A stretch of DNA of 55,515 bases, counting the filler, from Catajapyx aquilonaris (taxonomy: Eukaryota), in the NCBI GenBank assembly GCA_000934665.2. It is 3 parts of 3 records of this genome, joined end to end, with 100 filler letters (N's around TTAATTAATTAA, not from the genome) between each part and the next. Parts side by side here need not be neighbours in the genome. Positions count along the whole stretch, not along the records: positions 1 to 18,397 come from JYFJ02006708.1; 2 more parts are not named here. One strand, 5' to 3'. The position numbers and the translations under genes were made by a program. Shown one piece after another: positions 1-11,278 of the stretch. Every line of letters begins with the position of its first letter. Positions within the stretch are counted from its first letter, which is position 1. The notes beneath the pieces were generated by a model that saw nothing but the letters and a program-made list of their open reading frames with translations, did no database searches and was not told the DNA's origin.

Positions 1-39
1 TTTTCCTTTTTTTCATTTTCATTTTTTTTTTTTGCCGAC

Positions 40-104
40 ACGAAAACGTTCAGTTAACCGATGGTTTGGTTGATCGGTGTTCGGATAATCGATGCTCCAC
101 TGTA
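40..104. mobile_element. Right end of a Tigger/pogo-type MITE
   Basis: Repeated ttcgg-taa-cga motifs ending in ...gctccactg|ta. Confidence 0.45.
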
Positions 105-292
105 TTGTGCACTTAATGTATGATGTAAAAATGTCTTAAGGTTATTATATGGATTAGCAAGTGAAAAAAGGCTGTGATATACTTTACGGTGGTAGTCTGG
201 AACCAAACCTGCCATATTAGTGAGGTATACCTATATGCAAATTGTTTAACTGTTATAATTACTCTCGGAAATGAAAACATCTTTTATTACAG

Positions 293-422
293 GTACAATG
301 GTTGCCTGCCATCGGGTGACAGGGGACGTAAGCGAAGCAAATTCGTGCTCTTGAAACGGGACAAGTCAAATGGAGTGAAACGTTCCAAGCATTATGTAGT
401 CAAGACCCCACATTCAGCAGAG
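293..422 (+). CDS. Pli: Pellino coding exon (first in window)
   Basis: ttacag|G TAC...GAG|gtaata; YNGCLPSGDRGRKRSKFVLLKRDKSNGVKRSKHYVVKTPHSAE. Confidence 0.95.
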
Positions 423-3400
423 GTAATAAGAGAGACTGGGATGATGTAACATGATTTTCTCAGGCCAAAATTCCTACTGAAACTTTCTTGTGCCGATTAA
501 TGCCTTGAACATGGTGTCAAATATCCCAATAGAACAAGAGCTCAACTCTGGCCTGAAGTAATGGTGGAGGTGTAAGAAATAAATCATAATTTTGAAATTG
601 TTTGAGCCACACAGGCAGCAGGACCAGAAAGGCTATCCCATTGCAATACATAATTTCAGTCCTGATATGAGGTAGGCCCCGTTTTATGATGGGGTTAGGT
701 TCCAGCAAAACAGGCTCATAAAAGGAAAATAAAACTAGGCCTGTTTACAGGGTGTTCCAAGTATTGAGTTTGCCTCCCGGAGCTTTCGCCCCCAGAATAT
801 TCGCCCTCATTACATATTTTTTGGCAACCGAGTCGGTTCGCTGTGGTCATTGCAACGGGGTGGCACTTCCTTGTGTTTGGAACTCCCATTGCCAAGGGAG
901 ACGCACTGTATAGGGCTAGAGGCACATCAACTAATCGTTCGAATGACAAATAGATTGAATGCACAGGCAAGATATCAGCGGTGTTTGGACGGGTGACGCT
1001 TACATGCAATTGGAGCTTGGCAAAGCGACAATAACGTTCGTTGGCCTGCGGCGCCACAAGGCGGACAGTCAGATATTAACGGGGTTATTCCAGACCATGT
1101 AGGTCCTTAAACCCCGGGCCCCGGATGGGGCCTATATCATCACTCTAAGTCCCTTCCATCGTGGTCCACCAGAGGCGGACCACCCGTTCGCTTCCGGATC
1201 GAACCCAAGCCGTCATATAGGGTCGACACTCGACCATCTGGACGACTCCCCAGAGGAGCCGCCCGTCCCACGATTGAGTCCCGAACCCAAGGTCCGGGGC
1301 TCGCCCCAACCTCGTCCGATAGGCCTCTCGACTTCTGCCTGGTTACCCAGGCCTCCGTCGAGCCCCAAAGGGAAAGGTCCTGTCGGAGAAACAGTAAATG
1401 TTGCGGGTACGAAACCCACAATAAGTGCCCAGCTCCGCATTAACTAAAAATATCCTGCAGGGTGACAAACCTTGCTTGGCGGGGCCACAACAGAGGCCAG
1501 TATTGTTACGGTAACATAAAGCCATACAGCATCACCAAGACAAAGGGCAACTCCATCCCTCATGTTGCCGTGGTTCGCGTCAGTGTGAATGTCCCTACCC
1601 ACCGGCATGACAGCTGGGCAGAACACTCTCCTCGAGCCGTACTCCGGTAGAGATAAATCCGGCACGATTCAGCAAGTCAATCACCACCTGCCTCCACCGT
1701 TGCCGGGCAAGGCCAGCTTGCTTCTCTAGAAATAATGCGAGTCTGAGGCATGACTGTGGAGCAGGCCAGAAGAATGTCTTGGATGATAATATGTATCGGG
1801 GGCGAAATTGTCATGGGGGTGAATATTCCGGGGGTGAAAGCTCCGGATACCATTGAGGTTCTGGGGATCTGAAATGTTTCTATTTTTGGTGACAAAAAAT
1901 ACTGTTGTAACATATGCCACCCACAAATTAATGCAAATTTATTAATGAAACACTTTCCATGTTGCTGCATTTTTTCCACAGGCAATTTTGGATGCACAAC
2001 AGCATTCTATATCATATACACTATCTCGAACCCAGGCTGTTATTGTGGAGTACATGCTTGATGAGGAGACGGACATGTTTCAGGTACTGCAACTTCTTGC
2101 AGGTTACACTGTCATTCAGTTTGCATTTATATAAGTGGGAAACATTGATCATTTTTTTTCCACTTAAAACTGCTATAATTTCCACTTATTTTCAGTAGAA
2201 AAATGATCTGTTTTTCCCACTTCCTAAGTGGAAACTGAATGAGTGTAGAGCTTGCTTAAGTAATGTGGTTCTACTGTAACTTTTACCTTAGATTGGACGC
2301 TCTTCTGAGGTTCCCATTGACTTTGTGGTGATGGACACCATCCCAGGAGAAGCTGCGGCGTCCTCACAGGAATCTGTGCAGCTGTGCCCTCCATCATCAC
2401 GTGTCACTCAGAGCACTATCTCTCGGTTTGCTTGCCGTATTCTGTCAGAACGAACCAACCCCAAAGTATGCCGCATCTATGCTGCTGGCTTTGATTCTTC
2501 CAAGAATATCTTCCTAGGAGTGAGTGTGTGTAAGCAACCAAATGCAGGTGGGACATTATTAATAATTGTCTTGCCATCTTACAGGAAAAAGCGACTAAGT
2601 GGCAGGTGAATGGAGAAATCGATGGCCTAACAACCAATGGAGTGCTCATCATGCATCCCAAGAACCCATTTGTAGGGGAAGATTCACCACATTGTCAAGG
2701 TGGCCAATGGCTGGAAGTTTCAGTGGGTGGGGGAGTGTACCATCTTCGTGCATCTCGTTCTGCACCACAAAAGGGTGCCAAGGCTGAAAATGAGAGTAAT
2801 GTTCTGCAGGATGGCACTCTTGTTGACCTTTGTGGTGCAACACTATTATGGAGGTCTGCTGAAGGGCTGGCCAAGTCTCCAGTAAGTACCGACAGTAAAG
2901 ACATAAGAGTTCTGGTCCTCTGTCTAGTGCAATTTTGTGATCTGACGTCATCCTCATGACAAGAAAACGGGTAGGCACAAAGTTGAAATTGCACATTCAT
3001 GGGTCAGGCTGAAAGTCAAGCAGGCAAGAGGTCATGGAACACAACTCCATTAGTTCTTTATGTGGAAACTAAAAAATTAATTACTTTGTTCTTTGCTTAA
3101 ATGAGCCCTATCATCACAAAGAAGCAATTTCCATATTTCCAGCTTGAACAATTTCTGGATTGAAGGAGCTGAAGTAGATCGAAAAGGGTGTCAAATTTTA
3201 TTTCATTGCATTATAAAATATACAGGGTATTTCACACTAGGTAGTGCCCACAAAGAATCAGCTATATCTTTCTTCCCACTCTACCTACTTGGAAACGTGA
3301 TGTTTGGTTTCAAACTTACTTTAGGTCATGGGAATGTAGTACCATCATAATAAATGCTGGAATTGTCCTCCACTGACATCCAGACACATTCGAGTGCAAC

Positions 3401-5052
3401 GCGACATGAGACAACATTGTGTTGAATGAGCTCTGGCACACGGCTGGAGTGATGCTGTCCAAACCCCCTGTAGTTTGGCCCTCAGGGATGCCTTTGTGCA
3501 AGGGTGTTTCCTCCAAAACACCTTCATGATTTTCCAGTCTGTCTCAATCAGATTGAGGTCTGGGCTGCTCGACGTCCATGGTAGAATGTCAATCCCATTG
3601 TCTGCCATCCACTTGCTTCCGTTATTTTGGCCATATGGCATTATGCAAAGTTCTGTTGAAATATTACGTTGACATCCGGATGTAGGGCAACAGATGGTCC
3701 CTCAAAATCTCTTGAAACATGGCTGTATCGACACTGCCATCGATGCCGCGAAAGGTGCCAAGGCCAACACTACTCATGCATCCCCATACCATAATGCTGT
3801 GTGCATGTTTGATGCTTCTGGTGAGACATCGGGATGGTGTGCCTCTTCCTTCATTCGCAGTACTCAATTACAGCTGTCCCTGTGCTGACTAATTTGTCGC
3901 GAAACATGACTTATTCCACACCTGATGTGCCCAATGGTTCCATTCCTTCTTCCAAGCAAGTCTTTTACCTGTTGCAGTGCAATCAAGAGTGGGTTCTTCT
4001 TGGCTTATGGTCAAGAGGGCAGGTACTGATTTTATGAATTTCCCTCAAGTCTTGGAGAAGTTACGCGTAAAAGTTAGTCTTCATGTCATGGATGCAGAGT
4101 TGACAGGTTGTTGTGGAGACCACCTTTTGGGTCACCTCTGACCATTTATTAATGTGATGGTTGCTGCTCCTTTTGCCGATATTTTTCTCAGCTCTGTTTT
4201 TCTTTGCTGCTGTTGCCTGGTGATGTCCATAATGAGGTTTTTCGTGTGTGGGTCTAGTAGTTTTGTTACTTCATGTGATGCCCCTTACCATGGAGCATGG
4301 CACATGCCCTTCTTGTGCAACCACATAAGCAGACTTTCCTGGGCTGGGAGAAACCTGGGCATTATTGCTGTTTACTAACATAGACATTCAATACATCTAA
4401 CCATGGCATCCCTCTTACCTGTCTCATGCATAGCACACACCTGAACCATCAATTCAAAAACTAGTGAAAAACATGCAGTCTTGTTGGTATTAGGGTATAA
4501 TAGGTGGGTTAACTGAAGTCATTTATTTGCAGAGCAAGCGCCAAGTGGAGCAGATGATCGAGGAACTGAATGCTGGGCGACCGCAGTGTCCTGTGGGGTT
4601 GAACACATTGGTAATTCCGTGGCGTTCCACCTTAACTGCAAGTGAGAAGCAACCCTATGTGTACTTGGAATGTGGCCATGTACAAGGACTGCATGACTGG
4701 GGCCAGGCCAAGGACACAGGGCAGCGTACTTGCCCTATGTGTCGAAAGACTGGATCTGTGGTCAAACTGTGTATGGGCATGGAGCCTGCCTTTTATGTTG
4801 ACTGTGGACCCCCTAATTTTGCCTTCAACCCCTGTGGTCACATGGCCTCTGAGAAAACGGTCAAGTAAGTAACAGGAGCACTTATAGAACCCATAAAATG
4901 ATATTTAAACATTCTTCCTGTTCAGGTACTGGGCATCAGTGCCTATTCCACATGGGATCTTTGGAACACATTCCATCTGCCCATTTTGTGCCACTCCTCT
5001 TTCTGGACATCCGGGGTATATTCGCCTCATATTCCAAGACAATGTTGATTAG
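293..5052 (+). CDS. Pli: Pellino E3 ubiquitin ligase (FHA + RING-like), 5'-partial; exons 293-422, 1982-2083, 2292-2519, 2585-2881, 4533-4864, 4926-5052
   Basis: Spliced translation YNGCLPSGDRGRKRSKF...QHSISYTLSR...DMFQIGRS...QSTISRFACRI...AAGFDSSKNIFLGEKATKW...DGLTTNGVLIMHP...LQDGTLVDLCGATLLWRS...RPQCPVGLNTL...CGHVQG...CPMC...PCGHMASEKTVKYW...CPFCATPL...RLIFQDNVD*. All introns are GT-AG with consistent phases. The start exon lies upstream of the window. Confidence 0.97.
776..1851. mobile_element. TIR-bounded non-autonomous element in a Pellino intron, with GC-rich internal sequence
   Basis: ccggagctttcgcccccagaatattcgccctcattaca (~777-814) is inverted to tgtcatgggggtgaatattccgggggtgaaagctccgg (~1809-1846). 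Confidence 0.6.
1982..2083 (+). CDS. Pli: Pellino coding exon
   Basis: ccacag|GCA...CAG|gtactg; AILDAQQHSISYTLSRTQAVIVEYMLDEETDMFQ. Confidence 0.95.
2292..2519 (+). CDS. Pli: Pellino coding exon
   Basis: ccttag|ATT...GGA|gtgagt; IGRSSEVPIDFVVMDT...STISRFACRI...YAAGFDSSKNIFLG. Confidence 0.95.
2585..2881 (+). CDS. Pli: Pellino coding exon
   Basis: ttacag|GAA...CCA|gtaagt; EKATKWQVNGEIDGLTTNGVLIMHP...DLCGATLLWRSAEGLAKSP. Confidence 0.95.
3345..4300 (-). pseudogene. Degenerate Tc1-family transposase in a Pellino intron
   Basis: Fragments across frameshifts: KKNPLL...RLAW...W..VMF.D, KHAHSIMVWGCMSSVGLG...EILRDHLLP, WMADNGIDILPWTSSSPDLNLIETDWKIMK. Confidence 0.88.
4533..4864 (+). CDS. Pli: Pellino coding exon (RING-like region)
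   Basis: ttgcag|AGC...AA|gtaagt; RPQCPVGLNTL...CGHVQG...CPMC...PCGHMASEKTV. Confidence 0.95.
4926..5052 (+). CDS. Pli: Pellino terminal coding exon
   Basis: gttcag|G TAC TGG...GAT TAG; YWASVPIPHG...CPFCATPL...YIRLIFQDNVD*. Confidence 0.95.
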
Positions 5053-6210
5053 ATGGGTGACAGACTGAAGGAACAAAAAAAGAAAAGGTATTTGACCTTG
5101 TGTGTTACCCAGCGTTACCTAGTTTGAAGTGGCACCTTGACCATTTGACTTTTACAGGCAGGCTTTTTATGCTTGCAACTGTAGTAGTAATGTTTCTAGA
5201 ACGCTAAGTGAAGTGTGAACGTGGATCAAGACATCTACAGCAGGCGGGAAATTTCGATATTGTGCATTTTTTTTAGTTCCTTGTGTCCAATAGTGAACAG
5301 GCTGCACATGATATTTATCTAAAATGTGTCCTTTTGGAGATTGTCATCCTGGAATTATGCATGTGAAAGGGAACAACTCACAAAGAAGCTGCAACATTTG
5401 GTATTTAGAAGTGGTGGTTATTTTGCAAAACTGTCAGAAAGTCCAAGGGCTGGTTGCATTGGCTTTGGGAAGCTATTTTCAGGAGAAAGTGCATGAAAAA
5501 GTTTAAATTTTCTAATTGGAAATAATTTCCCACGGCCAGGGCATCTAGCCCCGAAGTGTACAATTCATGAAACAATACTAGTGTTCCAAGTATGTGGGTT
5601 GCTGTAGTTAGAATAAATTTTCCTCGAAGCTGTTATCTATTTTTTTTAGCTGCTTGTGCCCTGGTCCAGGTGGCCTTTTATATCCTGGGAATACAAGAGA
5701 AATCCACTAAGTCCAATTTTGGCGGTTTTGAGTTATTTACATCCCTAAGTAGCATTTTTCTGCCTTCAATAGCATGTAATCAAGTGCAAGGTCAATCTTT
5801 GCTTCAAATTATCCTGACACAGGATTTTTTGACTGTGGATTTCTTTTGTATGCCCATGATATAGCAACTGCTCTATTAGGCCACCTAGGAATAATTGGGC
5901 TCCTGAGGTGCAACAAGCTACCAAGTAACCACTTTGGGCAATATTAGCGAGAGCTAAGAACTACCCTGATACTTGCAACACCCTGTATATTTTCAAGAAT
6001 CAGATATGACCACAGCTGTATCATCATATTATGTACTCACTGCTCGAAACAGCAGTGTTTTGTTTTGTATGTTTCAAACCATTGCATTGGATTATGTTAT
6101 AATGGCAATAGGATATTTCTCTCTCTTTCTTAATTGTATGAATTTATGGTGCCCACAATATAGCTGTCCTATTCTTTAAAAAGGCAATGTGCAGTAAGGT
6201 TAAGCTTTAA

Positions 6211-6757
6211 CCCTCTCGCAGCCGCTACTCCCCCTGAATGATTCATCAATGACTCATGCATGACATAATCGTATTTAAAAAATTCCATATCTCACCAACT
6301 GCTCGTGTTGGCCCTATCCCGCCTATATCATTCAAACTGCATTGACAGGCCGCTCCCGCCAGATCTACTGCACCGCTCCCACAGTCTAGGCCTTGCCCCC
6401 GAGTGGCTGCATAGATAAGTTATAGCTGTTATAGGGGAGGCGGAGTGGTGCTGCGGTAATGTACGTGCCCACGGATGTTAAAGGTCCCGGGTTCGATCCC
6501 AACCCGGGGACACCCCCTTCATCTCGTGCAGAGTTAAGGGTCACCTCTGGCTTCGTCTCGGGTGGTATATCCACAGACTAAACCACCCGGGGGAGTTCAC
6601 TAAAAATGGCCACATAAAGACATTGCACTGCACCTTGCACATCCCCTCCTGTCATCCTGCCCGTGGGCCCGGGCGCTTCAATAATTAGGTTCCAAATATG
6701 TACATCGTACAAATAAAGGTCCGTGCTACATGCCGAGAAGGCCAAGCACTACCCGGA

Positions 6758-6791
<34 letters not shown>

Positions 6792-7189
6792 ATTATTATT
6801 ATTATTATAGCTGTTATAGCTATAACTTATCTATGCAGTTACTTGGGGGTCAGAAAAATACGTAGCTGTGAAGTTTACAGGTTCAAAGAACTATTCTATG
6901 AAAAATATTGCTTAGAACTCGATCTCATTAATTTCTACATTCCCATAATTGAGCTAGGCTTCATACAAGCTCTATCATTGTGCATAGAACTTTTTCCAAT
7001 GTGGCCGCCCAAGGATGACGTCATGTCATAATGTCAGACAAAACACTCGAGCATGTAATTTTTGTGGTGAGTTCTCCCTGGCTTGCTTGTGAATATGCCG
7101 AAAACTGCATTCATTTACGCCTTATAGAAGTTCCGCAAAAAATTCACGAAAGTTTCGATCCCTGCACCGGGGAGGCAGCTGCGAGAGGG
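6211..7189. mobile_element. piggyBac-type MITE (hosts a SINE)
   Basis: TTAA|ccctctcgcagc...gctgcgagaggg|gtaa; CCC...GGG TIRs, right TSD has one mismatch. Confidence 0.75.
6434..6804 (+). mobile_element. tRNA-derived SINE, family A
   Basis: A/B boxes (gtggtgctgcgg; ggttcgatcc), (ATT)n tail, TSD ttatagctgttata at 6420-6433 and 6805-6818; related copies at 44735 and 52938. Confidence 0.92.
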
Positions 7190-7641
7190 GTAAGGCTGTT
7201 TAATATTTCATCATAATGGCTAGTAATAAGCATTGTGCGCAAGAACATGAGCCCATTTACATAGAGCAATTTGTACTTCGTGTGTATCAGCTTGCCTCCT
7301 ACACCAATGAAATTATTCACTTCTGTCAGTCAATGCCAATATGCCAGACTGCCTTTCCACCCACATTTTTCCACCTACGCATTTCTTTTTTATAAACAAC
7401 CATGGACCTCTGCAGGGAGTGTTTGATGGCCAATAGTCCTTGTGTTCCAGAAATCTGTATCCCAACCCATCATGTACTGTATCATCAGTTCAAAAAGAAT
7501 TGTCCCAGTCATCCTGATGTGTGTGCTGCCCGCTCAACACACACCATGTAACTTACATGGTGTGTGTCGAGCGGCCAGCCCACACGTCAGGATGACTGGG
7601 ACAGTTCTTTTTGCACTGTTGATACACCTGAGCTACTAGGT

Positions 7642-8145
7642 CAGGGCTATTCAACTGGCCGACCGTGGTCCGGATCTGAACCGCGATGAATTTTGTCCAG
7701 ACCGCGACAGGACAGTTTGAAATAGCATTAGAAATTATTAATTCATGATTTTTTGGAAAAAGTGCTACCAATTTCATCAAATGCACATCCATTCAAATCT
7801 CCCATATCGACCTAAGCTTGTTGACCTTGAACCCCTCAAAAAAATTTCGCCCTTTAGGGTTTGTTCACCTTGTCCTTATGAAATGGGCCCCTCTCTGAAA
7901 TTTTTCTGCCTACGCGCCTGTACAGGACCTCATAAAGGGCGAAAATGTCTTAATATGCCCTGTCTTGATAGGCCCTTCTGCCCTTGCTGCACATGTTTAT
8001 ATTTTCAAAATTGAACCCTGTGGTACCATCTAAAAATATATAATCCATATCTTTACCCGGGGGGGGGGGNGGGGGGTGTCCGAACCTTCTATGGTCCAGG
8101 GAAGGTAAATACTGGACCTTGTCATAAACTAGTTGCATATCCCTG
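7642..8145. mobile_element. hAT-type MITE
   Basis: TIRs cagggctattcaact / agttgcatatccctg; perfect 8-bp TSD tactaggt (7634-7641, 8146-8153). Confidence 0.85.
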
Positions 8146-8179
8146 TACTAGGTTAATTCATTTATGGCCTGGTGCAGCA

Positions 8180-8335
8180 CCAGCACAACACCGAGTTTGT
8201 TTATGTCCGAATCCGAAAACCATGTCTCACTATCTCTTGCGGTTTAGGCCCTAATGCCTGTTCACAGACGGATGGACAGACAGACAGAGCCGTTCTATGG
8301 TACTTTTTTTTTTTCTTCGATAAGAAAAGCCTAAA
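8180..8335. mobile_element. Possible Helentron/DINE-like end fragment
   Basis: (GACA)-type microsatellite cagacggatggacagacagacag in a context typical of Helentron-associated elements. Confidence 0.35.
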
Positions 8336-9379
8336 AAATTAAAAAGGGAAAGTCTGAAGAGGGGAATTTTGTGTACACAAACTACTCTTTGGTCCTCTGA
8401 GAAAGCACTGGTACTTACAAAAAAACTTACACTAATTTATTACTTTTGAGCAAGTACATGTTTTGTGTAAGGAGGACTAGTTGAAATAATTGATAAATTT
8501 CTGGAATCCAGACCATCCTTATTAGTTTATAGGAGGATCTCTAGAATGTTTCTATTTAAATTAATTTAAAAACCTATTTACAGTCTGAAATAACTCATTT
8601 ACACTGCTTCATTTTGGTCTCATTTTAAAAATTAGCATGTTTCAAAAATAAGTATTATGTGACATGTTTAAATAATTTCCCCCCAATCTTACACATGATG
8701 GCACTGATCTTTATAGTTAGTGGGGGGCAAACACATCATGATTATGATAGCATTTTTCGAGCTGCAACACCAGATTTTATAAATCTATGTCGAGAACTCT
8801 TCCCAGGAAGCCTTACACTTGGCAATGAGAGTGTCGTCTTCCCATATTTGGTATTACAGTTCAAAATATTCTTCAGTATTGATTAGGTTTTAATGATGCA
8901 AAAGCCATGATACTATACTGTGCCAAACACAGTGTTGTTCAGGCTATGCCAACCCATGCCAGCATAAATAAACACATGGTTTAAAAAAGGGGAAAAGGTA
9001 TTTAGATATTTATCACCAATGACAATTCTTCAATTTACATGGTGTTTGTGTCCGGTTGTAGCTAAAGAGCTGGGTCATCATGTGCCTGCATTGAATTTTG
9101 AGAGAACACTTTGTGGCCAAATTGTTAGTATACATGTCTGAAATAGCTCAAGTCTGGAGGCTATTTTGGACATGCAAGAAATATTGATTTTTTTCTCCAA
9201 GTCAGCAGGTATTTGAACAATGGTTTTCATGATTTGAAATAGCCACATAATATGCATTCAAAATGTTGACACCTGTCACAAAATGATACTTGCTAACCCT
9301 GATGGGAAAATATATAAATAGTGTATTAAATAGCCTCGTCTTACGGAATTAAGATAGTAGGCCTTTTATCGTGTTGTAT

Positions 9380-9510
9380 AACATGTCCTGGAAGGTAGGG
9401 AACATGTTGGGCTCTGGGATAGGGGAGAGTGAGAGAGCAAGAGATTTTTTGACTGTGGAGGAAATGAGAGAAGCCTGAGAAAACCCAGGCGAATATGTGA
9501 GGATATCTCA
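9380..9510 (-). mobile_element. Old V-domain SINE remnant
   Basis: Minus strand reads ttcgcctgggttttctcaggcttctctcatttcctccacagtcaaaa, similar to the core of the SINE at 10506. Confidence 0.55.
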
Positions 9511-9944
9511 AAACAACTGCTTCATGCAAATACAAGATATGCAGAATCCATAAGAAGCAGTCACACATAACGGTATATGAAAATGTGCTCAATGCCCAAT
9601 GCTTGAATGTGCTCCTACCTTCCAAGATATGCTATACTACATGTTGAAAAGCCAATTTTCTAAGTAACAAGGCTATCAAATGACATCCCTACATAAACGA
9701 TCCCCCTGGTTGCTGAAAACTGTTTAATGTAATTTTCATTTGCTTGTTAACATATTGTATCATAATGTAGGACAATTTTACAATTGTTCAATAGTATGGT
9801 ACAAAAAGACTTTGGGAACACACAAAATACCAAATCATAACATCAGACACATTGCATTAGTGTTGCATCCATACAAAAGCGGAAAATTTTGAACCATTTA
9901 ATTTATTGTGACTGAGTAGGATTTTTGTTTACACTTATAGTTGA

Positions 9945-10760
9945 CTAGCAGGTTACCCAGCGTTGCCCGGGTATGTTATGGTGGTATAGGCCTATATCTA
10001 TAAATGAGGATGTTGGTGGGTGTGTTTGTTCCCTATAGAAATCCAGGGGAATGCCCCTACACTGCCTTAAAATTGGCCTTATGGGTCATTGCGTAGTTAT
10101 ATTGAAAACAATAAGCCAAAATTTTTCATTAACTGTAAAGGGGTCAATCTGGTGTCAATCATTACTGGCATCAGTTCCTGCCAGAGCCGGGGCTGTCTGG
10201 CTGCTTGGAGGTGTAGACGGGACTCTCGTTCTTCTGATGTTTCTTGCTGCCTCTGTCCAGCTTGTCTGGCTGCTTGAAGGTGTAGACGGGACTCTCGCTC
10301 TTCTGAAGTTTCTTGCTGCCTTGTACTTCGTTTGCATTTGGCAGCGGGAGATTGCCCAAAAGTGCAACGTTTTTTTGGAGGCATCGAGAAACAGGAAAGG
10401 AACACTCGATATCTCCGAAAATGCAATTCTGGAACTTCTCACTTTTTGAGTTTCCTTGGAAATGCTTACAAACAAAAACAGTATAATTAACAGTCCCCAT
10501 TCTTGGAGGGCGACACGGTGGCCGAGCGGTTAGCGCCGCAGCCTTCCACCTCTAAGGTCCCGAGTTCGATCCCCGGGTCGGCCCGAGGATACTTACGTGG
10601 ATAGAGTTTCGATGGGTTCTCTCCGTGTTCGCGTGGGTTTTCTCGGGGTTCTCCCGTTTCCTCCCACTATCAAAATCCATCACATTACAGGCAAATGATT
10701 AAAATCGGTTATTCAAAAGATGATCCCCTAAGAGGCCCAAGGGGCCTATCACGGGGTATC

Positions 10761-10794
<34 letters not shown>

Positions 10795-11278
10795 ACAGTC
10801 CCCATTCTTGTCTTCAAAATCTCACGAATTACTCTGTAATTAGGGCATCTCCATGGAAATTTGAAATGTAGTAATATTGTTAAAGAGCGTACGTGAGATG
10901 GGGTAATTGGCGGATATTGTTGCCCGAGTAGTGAGATGATTCGGGAATATGCGTGTTATGGGTGTTAGGTTCATTTTCGGAATTAACAGTCCCTATTCTT
11001 GTCTTCAAAATCTCACGAATTACTATGTAATGAGGGCATTACCATGGAAATCCATGAATATTGTTAAATTGGTAATTGGCAATTGGTTAATTGGGAATAT
11101 GCGTGTTATGGGTGTTAGGTTCATTTTCGGAAGCTGAAACATGCGACATTAAATTCCTTGAAAAATGTAACCCCCGATATGCTAATTTAAGGCGGTGTAG
11201 GGGCCTTCCCCCGGATTTCTATAAGGGACAAACAAACTCACAAACAAACTTCCTTATTTATAGAGATAGAGATAGAGA
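9945..11278 (-). mobile_element. Non-autonomous Helitron carrying an STPR-repeat ORF fragment; hosts a SINE
   Basis: Minus strand 5' A|TCTCTATCTCTATCTCTATAAATAAG...gtttgtttg; 3' GC-rich hairpin cccgggcaacgctgggt then CTAG|T; ORF with MPPKKR and 23-aa ETSEERESRL repeats. Confidence 0.85.
10506..10792 (+). mobile_element. tRNA-derived SINE with V-domain-like core, family B
   Basis: A box tggccgagcgg, B box gttcgatcc, core gcgtgggttttctcggggttctcccgtttcctcccac, (ATT)n tail, 18-bp TSD taacagtccccattcttg (10488-10505, 10793-10810). Confidence 0.93.

Noticed and set aside
6723..7031. Poly-Ile/Leu ORFs (also 47073-47300, 53233-53496)
   Set aside because: Translations of (ATT)n SINE tails
10506..10585. 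tRNA genes at SINE heads (also 6434, 14619, 40256, 52938)
   Set aside because: A/B boxes are present, but each head is followed by a SINE body and microsatellite tail (most with clear TSDs), and the cloverleaves are imperfect
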